From contig JBILGT010000004.1 in the NCBI GenBank assembly GCA_044350895.1, positions 3,829 to 67,828 of the forward strand: DNA of 64,000 nucleotides, written 5' to 3'. Position 1 is the stretch's first letter; every line of letters begins with the position of its first letter. Of the stretch, positions 58,012 to 64,000 are shown one piece after another. The notes under the pieces were generated by a model. The model saw only the letters and a list, made by a program, of their open reading frames with translations. It did no database searches and was not told the DNA's origin. Both the position numbers and the translations under genes were made by a program. This stretch comes from Limisphaerales bacterium (lineage in GTDB: Bacteria; Patescibacteriota; Microgenomatia; UBA1400; PJMF01).

Positions 58012-60099
58012 ATGCCAGATCCTGCCCAAGATTCAGGGAATGTAACGATATCAGTGCCACAAAATGTGCCGATACAGATATCTTCAGTTCCTGATGTTAC
58101 ACCACCAGCTCCGCTTCCAGAACTTGATGTATCTCAAGTTGCTGATTCGCTTGAATCCACAGTCGCAAATCTTACTGAGGTCAGTGCTCCTATGTCTGTG
58201 CAAGGTGCTCCAGCTGCAGATGTCTCGGCTCCGCAGATTCAAACTGCACAACCAGTTGTTGCAGCGCAACCACTCAATTCACAAGCTCCAGTACCGCCGT
58301 ATCCAACTGTTGCTGAACAACCTTCTCATCAAGCTGGTGATTTGAATCCTGGCCCAACTGGAAGTCAAAAGTACAGCAGTATTCTGGATGTCTTAATTGC
58401 TCAGGGTTCAATCAGCCAAGATCTTGGAAACAAACTTTCAGTTGATCAAATTACAACGGGTAAAACAATTGAATCATTGATTGCTGAGAACAACTTGGTA
58501 TCTGAAGAATTACTCACTCGCGCCAAAGCTACTTTTCATAACATCCCTTTTATAAAGCTGACTGATGTCGGTGTTTTCCCTGAAGCTATCACGCAGCTTC
58601 CTGAAGGTGCTGCGCGGCACTATGCCATGCTGCCATTTGCTTTTGATAAGAATGAAGGAACGCTTTCAGTTGCAATGAAGGACCCTCTTGATCTCACTGC
58701 AATTGATTTCGCACAGCAAAAAACTGGCTATCGAATAATTGCTAACTATGCGATGCCAACTGAAGTTGATCGGATGATTGCGGAGTACTACTCGCAAACA
58801 CTCTCCAGTGAAGTCACTGCTGCCCTTGAACAGACCAATCAAATGGCTGAGGCTCAAGCTAAGCGCAGTAATTTAAATGATCTTTCCAAAGAAACGATTC
58901 GCCAAGCTCCAATCACCAAAATCGTTGAGACGCTCGTGGCTTTTGCTATTAAAGCTCGTGCCTCAGATATTCATATTGAACCACTCGAAGACCGAACTCG
59001 TGTACGGTACCGTATTGACGGTATTTTGAATGAAAAGCTCATTCTCCCTAAGAATGTGCATGATGCCGTTGTTTCACGTATCAAAATTTTGTCAGGTCTG
59101 AAGATCGACGAAAAGCGTATTCCGCAAGACGGTCGGTTCAACTATGCCACCCAAGAAGAAGAAGTTGACTTGCGTGTATCAACACTGCCAACTATTCACG
59201 GAGAAAAGATTGTGATGCGGTTATTGAAGAAAGACGCCCAAGTTCCGCAGCTCCCTGAACTTGGACTTGATGGTCTGGCACTGCATAAAGTAGATGAGTC
59301 TATCAAAGTACCGCACGGCATTGTTTTGATCACGGGACCGACAGGTTCTGGTAAAACAACGACGCTCTACTCTATCTTACACAAGATCAACACGCCAAAA
59401 GTAAACATCATGACGCTGGAAGATCCAGTTGAGTATCAAATGACAGGCGTCAATCAAGTGCAGATCAACCCACAAGCAGGTCTGACCTTTGCCTCAGGTT
59501 TGCGTTCATTCCTGCGGCAAGATCCAAACGTCATCATGGTGGGAGAAATCCGGGATAGTGAAACTGCCGAGTTGGCTATTCAAGCTGCGCTCACTGGTCA
59601 CTTGGTCTTCTCTACCCTACACACTTCATCAGCTGCTGGTGCACTCCCTCGTCTTATGGACATGGGTGCTGAGCCATTCTTGTTGGCATCTTCAATGACC
59701 TGTGTGATGGCGCAGCGTGTGTTGCGTAAGATTCACCCTGAGTGGAAAGAAGAGTACACTCCTGAGAAAGCAGTACTTGATGATATTAAAGAAGTCTTGG
59801 GTGATAAGTTTCTTCCTTGGTGCAAAAAGAATAATAAAGATCCAGAAAAAATTACACTCTGGAGATCAAGAAAAGACCGACCTGAAAGTGAACCTGAGTA
59901 TAAAGGTCGTATCGCTATTTTTGAGGTGATGAAAATATCTGAAGAAATTGCTAAACTGATTCTGGAGCGTAAACCAGCAAGTGAAATGGAAAAAGTAGCA
60001 CTTAAAGAAGGTATGCTCTTTATGAAGCAAGATGGATATATTAAAGCTCTATCTGGAGTAACGAGTATTGAAGAGGTACTGCGCGTGGCGCAAATTTAA
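58012..60099 (+). CDS. pilB: Type IV pilus assembly ATPase (PilB/GspE)
   Basis: ASDIHIEP, PQDGR, GPTGSGKTT, EDPVE, LRQDP..IMVGEIRD and TGHLVFSTLH. Confidence 0.93.
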   Translation: MPDPAQDSGNVTISVPQNVPIQISSVPDVTPPAPLPELDVSQVADSLESTVANLTEVSAPMSVQGAPAADVSAPQIQTAQPVVAAQPLNSQAPVPPYPTVAEQPSHQAGDLNPGPTGSQKYSSILDVLIAQGSISQDLGNKLSVDQITTGKTIESLIAENNLVSEELLTRAKATFHNIPFIKLTDVGVFPEAITQLPEGAARHYAMLPFAFDKNEGTLSVAMKDPLDLTAIDFAQQKTGYRIIANYAMPTEVDRMIAEYYSQTLSSEVTAALEQTNQMAEAQAKRSNLNDLSKETIRQAPITKIVETLVAFAIKARASDIHIEPLEDRTRVRYRIDGILNEKLILPKNVHDAVVSRIKILSGLKIDEKRIPQDGRFNYATQEEEVDLRVSTLPTIHGEKIVMRLLKKDAQVPQLPELGLDGLALHKVDESIKVPHGIVLITGPTGSGKTTTLYSILHKINTPKVNIMTLEDPVEYQMTGVNQVQINPQAGLTFASGLRSFLRQDPNVIMVGEIRDSETAELAIQAALTGHLVFSTLHTSSAAGALPRLMDMGAEPFLLASSMTCVMAQRVLRKIHPEWKEEYTPEKAVLDDIKEVLGDKFLPWCKKNNKDPEKITLWRSRKDRPESEPEYKGRIAIFEVMKISEEIAKLILERKPASEMEKVALKEGMLFMKQDGYIKALSGVTSIEEVLRVAQI

Positions 60100-60110
60100 A
60101 GGAATTTTCT

Positions 60111-61166
60111 ATGAACATCCATGATATTTTGGACCAACTCGTAACAATGGAAGGTTCTGACATCCATATTGTTGTGGGTACACCGCCAATGGTGCGTGTG
60201 GATGGACATCTCAAGCCAGTCGAGGGTGCTCCTATTCTTACTGCCGAACAAGCAGAAGCTCTCATCTTTCCTCTCCTCTCCCAAGAACAGAAAGACTACG
60301 TCCATGTTAATAAGGAACTGGACTTTGGCTATCAATTTCAGGATAAGGGTCGGTTCCGTATTAACGTCTATCATGCCAAAGGAACTATTGCTGCGGCACT
60401 ACGGTTGATTCCCGCACAAATTAAAAGTCTTGAAGAATTACAACTACCGCCAATTGTGAGCGAGTTTGCCAATTATAAGCAGGGATTGATTCTGCTTACT
60501 GGCCCTACTGGTGAAGGTAAATCAACTACTCTGGCGGCCATCATTGATCAAATCAATGGCTCACGCGCTGATCATATTGTTACCGTTGAAGATCCAATTG
60601 AGTTTGTGTACACCCCAAAGAAATGTATTATTTCCCAGCGTGAAATCAATCACGACACCAACTCATGGGAAATTTCGTTGCGTTCAGTACTCCGTGAAGA
60701 TCCTGACGTTGTGCTCATCGGTGAAATGCGTGACTATGAAACAATTGCCTCTGCAATTACGATTGCTGAAACTGGCCACTTGGTATTTGCTACTCTACAT
60801 ACCTCCACAGCCGCTGAAACAATCGACCGTATTGTGGACGTCTTCCCTGCTCATCAACAAGGCCAGGTTCGGCAACAACTTGCTGCAACTGTGAAGGTCG
60901 TTGCTTCACAACGCTTGCTGCAAACTGTTACTGGCAAGCGAACTGCAGTCCTGGAAGTCATGATTGGAAATCCAGCTATTCGAAATCTTATTCGTGAAGG
61001 TAAAACTCATCAAATTGATACTGTCATCCAAACTTCTGGAGAAATGGGTATGATGTTATTTGAAGCACATTTGCAACAATTGGTTCAGCGCGGACTTATT
61101 ACTGCTGAAACTGCAATTGCACATGCGTTCCGTCCAACAGAAATCCAACGATTACTCGGAAGGTAA
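60111..61166 (+). CDS. pilT: Type IV pilus retraction ATPase
   Basis: GPTGEGKST, LREDPDV, ETGHLVFATLHT and the AIRNLIRE motif. Confidence 0.95.
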   Translation: MNIHDILDQLVTMEGSDIHIVVGTPPMVRVDGHLKPVEGAPILTAEQAEALIFPLLSQEQKDYVHVNKELDFGYQFQDKGRFRINVYHAKGTIAAALRLIPAQIKSLEELQLPPIVSEFANYKQGLILLTGPTGEGKSTTLAAIIDQINGSRADHIVTVEDPIEFVYTPKKCIISQREINHDTNSWEISLRSVLREDPDVVLIGEMRDYETIASAITIAETGHLVFATLHTSTAAETIDRIVDVFPAHQQGQVRQQLAATVKVVASQRLLQTVTGKRTAVLEVMIGNPAIRNLIREGKTHQIDTVIQTSGEMGMMLFEAHLQQLVQRGLITAETAIAHAFRPTEIQRLLGR

Positions 61167-61181
61167 GAAAGTTTTAGAAGT

Positions 61182-62384
61182 ATGCCGTATTTTACTTATA
61201 TAGCCAAAAATCAATACAGCGAAACAGTTAAGGGTAAAGTTGAAGCTCGTAACATTCGCCAAGCAGCAATGGAGCTTTCAATTCGTAAACTTCTTGTGAT
61301 TGATATTCATCCACTCACAGAGGATTCGCTTGCTGCAATTAAATCTTTATTATTTGGCGTGAAATTTACTGATATTGTGAACTTTACCCGGCAGCTTTCT
61401 ACAATGATCTCTGCTGGATTACCACTGGCCACTTCTCTTTCGATTCTCGTTCAACAAAGTAAAACTGATATGTCCCGACTTGTAGCAAACTTGCTACAAG
61501 AAATTGAAGGTGGAACGACATTCGGTGATGCCTTGATGAAGCATCCAAAGATTTTCTCTTCCATTTATGTGCAGCTCGTAAAGGCTGGTGAGCTCGGTGG
61601 TGTGCTTGATGATATCTTGGCACGGTTGGCAACCAATTTGGAGAAGAATAAAGAATTTCGTTCCAAAACACGCGGTGCCATGATCTATCCAATCATCGTT
61701 GTTATTGCAATGTTTGCTGTTGCCACAATCATGATGATCTTCGTCATTCCTAAGTTGACATCAATGTATACAGAGTTTGGTGCTGACCTACCACTTCCAA
61801 CAAAGATTTTAGTTGCTGTCTCTTCGTTTATGGCCACCTTCTGGTGGGCACTCGGTTTGGGACTTTTTGGTGGGAGTGTTATGTTCCAGCGATGGCTCAA
61901 AACTAAGGCCGGTCGAAAAACTTGGGATAGATTCTTACTGAAGATACCTATCTTAGGTGAATTAATTAAGAAAATCATTCTTACTGAGTTCTCAAGAACA
62001 TTGGCCTTACTGCTTGGTGCCGGTATTTCCTTACTGCAAGCCATGGAGATAGTGACCCAAGGTGTTGATAACGTTATTTATCAGGAAGCATTAGTAGATG
62101 CTACTAAACAAATTGAGAAAGGTGTGCCGCTTTCAAAAGCAATTGCTCGGTATGAGGAGTTCCCTCCAATCTTACACCAGATGATTTCAGTTGGAGAAGA
62201 AACTGGACGTCTTGATGACGTGCTGGGCAAGCTTTCAGCATATTTTGAACAAGAAAGTGAGCAGGCAGTAAAGAACCTCACTGTAGCAATTGAACCTCTG
62301 ATTATGATTGTATTAGGTATTGGTGTCGGTGCTATGGTGATTGCTGTAATTATGCCAATCTATAACTTAACGAGTCAATTTTAG
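61182..62384 (+). CDS. pilC: Type IV pilus platform protein (PilC/GspF)
   Basis: FTRQLSTMISAGLP, AGELGG, AMIYP, VGEETG and IEP. Confidence 0.95.
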   Translation: MPYFTYIAKNQYSETVKGKVEARNIRQAAMELSIRKLLVIDIHPLTEDSLAAIKSLLFGVKFTDIVNFTRQLSTMISAGLPLATSLSILVQQSKTDMSRLVANLLQEIEGGTTFGDALMKHPKIFSSIYVQLVKAGELGGVLDDILARLATNLEKNKEFRSKTRGAMIYPIIVVIAMFAVATIMMIFVIPKLTSMYTEFGADLPLPTKILVAVSSFMATFWWALGLGLFGGSVMFQRWLKTKAGRKTWDRFLLKIPILGELIKKIILTEFSRTLALLLGAGISLLQAMEIVTQGVDNVIYQEALVDATKQIEKGVPLSKAIARYEEFPPILHQMISVGEETGRLDDVLGKLSAYFEQESEQAVKNLTVAIEPLIMIVLGIGVGAMVIAVIMPIYNLTSQF

Positions 62385-62462
62385 TAAAAAGGTAAAAATA
62401 CCTCTTGCACAAAGCAATTACATATGTGTACAGTAGGTACTAGGACAAAAAAAGGAAATTAT

Positions 62463-63143
62463 ATGCACTTCATTTCTGACACTCTTTCTCGCATGAAAAC
62501 TAAAACTGCGCAAGCTGGTTTTACGATGATTGAGTTGCTGATCGTTATCTCAATCTTAGGTATCTTGGCTGTTGCAGTTCTGTCAGCAATCAATCCAGTA
62601 GAACAAATTAATAGAGGTCGGGATACTGGTACTCGTTCTGACGCAGAGCAACTGCTTTCGGCAATTGACCGCTTCAATGCTTTCCAAGGATTCTTCCCAT
62701 GGCAGGAAAATGCTGGTAGTAGTAATACAGGAGTCGCGATGGGTATAATTTCAACAACATTTCCAACAACTAACGTTGGTACTACCCCATGTCCAACTTT
62801 AACACGGTTGGCAGAGGGTGTGGCTAATACACCATGTATCGGAGCTCAAGAACTCAAGTCTTCGTTCATTGCTCGGCTCGCTACCAGTCCAGGTGCTCGG
62901 CCAATGTACGTTTATAATGCTGGCACACAAGGAGCTAGTACCTATATTTGTTTCGTACCTCAGTCTAATGCGTTCTTGCAGGAAGCAACAACCCGTTGTG
63001 CTACCACGGGGGGAATTCCATCAGACTTGAGCGTTATGACAACCGTTGTCTGTGACGGACCTTCTCCAACAACAACAGGACGTACAACTGCTGCACTTAT
63101 GAGTCAGTTTGCCGGTAAGGGAGCTGCTATCTGTCTACCTTAG
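62463..63143 (+). CDS. pilA: Type IV pilin
   Basis: Prepilin motif AG|FTMIELLIVISILGILAVAVLSAINP; AAAGGAA RBS; followed by a terminator. Confidence 0.88.
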   Translation: MHFISDTLSRMKTKTAQAGFTMIELLIVISILGILAVAVLSAINPVEQINRGRDTGTRSDAEQLLSAIDRFNAFQGFFPWQENAGSSNTGVAMGIISTTFPTTNVGTTPCPTLTRLAEGVANTPCIGAQELKSSFIARLATSPGARPMYVYNAGTQGASTYICFVPQSNAFLQEATTRCATTGGIPSDLSVMTTVVCDGPSPTTTGRTTAALMSQFAGKGAAICLP

Positions 63144-63163
63144 AATAAGTATAAAAGAAAAAG

Positions 63164-63190
63164 AAACCCCGCCCATCAGCGGGGTTTTTA
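63164..63190 (+). terminator. Intrinsic (possibly bidirectional) terminator after the pilin
   Basis: AAACCCCGC-CCATCA-GCGGGGTTTTT. Confidence 0.85.
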
Positions 63191-63210
63191 GTTCACTGTG
63201 ATACACTGGA

Positions 63211-64000
63211 ATGGTCATGCTCTTGCTTACTGCACTCTTCATATTTTTTCTATTTTTTCTGGGTGCCTGCATTGGAAGTTTTTTGAATGTGGTTATCTAT
63301 CGCACTGCCATCAATGAGTCATGGGTATCTGGCCGTTCACACTGCGAAAATTGCAAAAAAGCAATTGCCTGGTATGACAACATTCCGCTTTTGTCATATA
63401 CAGTACTGCGGGGTAAATGTCGGAATTGTAAAAGTGCTCTTTCAATCTCACATCCCGTTGTAGAGGGATTAATGGGATTTCTTTTTGTGTGGTGGTACTT
63501 AGTGGGCTCACTCTTTTTCCAACTCACCCAGCAGCCCTTCACGTTTTTGCAGCCACTTTTTTGGTTACTGGTGGGCATCATACTGCTCTTTATTTTGATT
63601 ATTGATTACCGGTACCTCATTATTTCTGATACAGCAGTTTTTTCGCTGACGTTGCTGGTTGTTGCATATCGCCTCTTACTGGTTTTAGCAGGCATCATGA
63701 GAATCCAAGATCTAATAATAGCGTGTATCGGTATGGCAGTCAGTGTGCTCTTTTTCTGGTCATTATGGTTCTTTACCAAAGGCCGTGGACTTGGATTTGG
63801 CGACGTGAAACTGGCAGTTCCTCTGAGTTTGCTGGTAGGTTGGCCAGATGTGCTAGTCTGGTTATTTAGTAGCTTTTGTTTGGGTGCAGTCGTAGGCATT
63901 GTGCTACTTATTTTTGGTAAAGCAAAATTAGGCAAACCTATACCGTTTGGGCCATTCCTCATCATCGGCTCGATCATTAGTCTTATTTGGGGTAACCAGC
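63211..64000 (+). CDS. pilD: Prepilin peptidase (3' partial; absent from the ORF track)
   Basis: GACIGSFLNVVIYR...RSHCENC...WYDNIP...GKCRNC...GFGDVKL...IPFGPF. Start at 63211 or 63217; runs off the window. Confidence 0.93.
   Translation, partial: MVMLLLTALFIFFLFFLGACIGSFLNVVIYRTAINESWVSGRSHCENCKKAIAWYDNIPLLSYTVLRGKCRNCKSALSISHPVVEGLMGFLFVWWYLVGSLFFQLTQQPFTFLQPLFWLLVGIILLFILIIDYRYLIISDTAVFSLTLLVVAYRLLLVLAGIMRIQDLIIACIGMAVSVLFFWSLWFFTKGRGLGFGDVKLAVPLSLLVGWPDVLVWLFSSFCLGAVVGIVLLIFGKAKLGKPIPFGPFLIIGSIISLIWGNQ

Noticed and set aside
1-64000. Numerous 60-170 aa antisense or alternate-frame ORFs; alternative genetic code 25
   Set aside because: These are shadows of well-supported genes. Conserved genes are intact without TGA readthrough, and TGA terminates real ORFs.

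Overview
This is a gene-dense 64-kb bacterial chromosome segment using the standard genetic code (TGA acts as a stop). Gene content suggests Patescibacteria/CPR, probably Microgenomates; this is inferred from the short EF-Ts and YebC, the pilB-pilT-pilC-pilin-pilD cluster, cohesin/dockerin surface proteins and many apparently leaderless genes. Housekeeping genes include htrA, prfA, rpmE2, hisS, dnaB, lgt, lspA, glyA, nfo, folD, rpsB-tsf, queA/tgt, a Xer-family recombinase, gyrB-ppa-gyrA and three tRNAs. Interspersed among them are unusually divergent nucleotide-metabolism genes: two Cmk-like, MazG, GalT/HIT-like plus NDK-like, PRTase, HD and Maf-like. The strongest signals are non-coding. (1) A two-copy structured RNA motif with mutually exclusive pairings precedes an HD hydrolase and a Maf-like gene (candidate new riboswitch). 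(2) A 1.2-kb gap with no credible gene is packed with hairpins and long-range pairings (candidate large ncRNA, or a replication locus). (3) A His-leader-peptide attenuator lies upstream of hisS, and a possible Ser-rich leader lies upstream of glyA. (4) A cobalamin riboswitch precedes an orphan 613-aa protein. (5) A 130-nt rod-like hairpin precedes a frameshifted queuosine-precursor transporter. A four-gene cohesin/dockerin/CBM60-like surface operon is also notable. No CRISPR array, rRNA or transposase was seen. All calls come from manual motif recognition and hand folding; no database searches were run.
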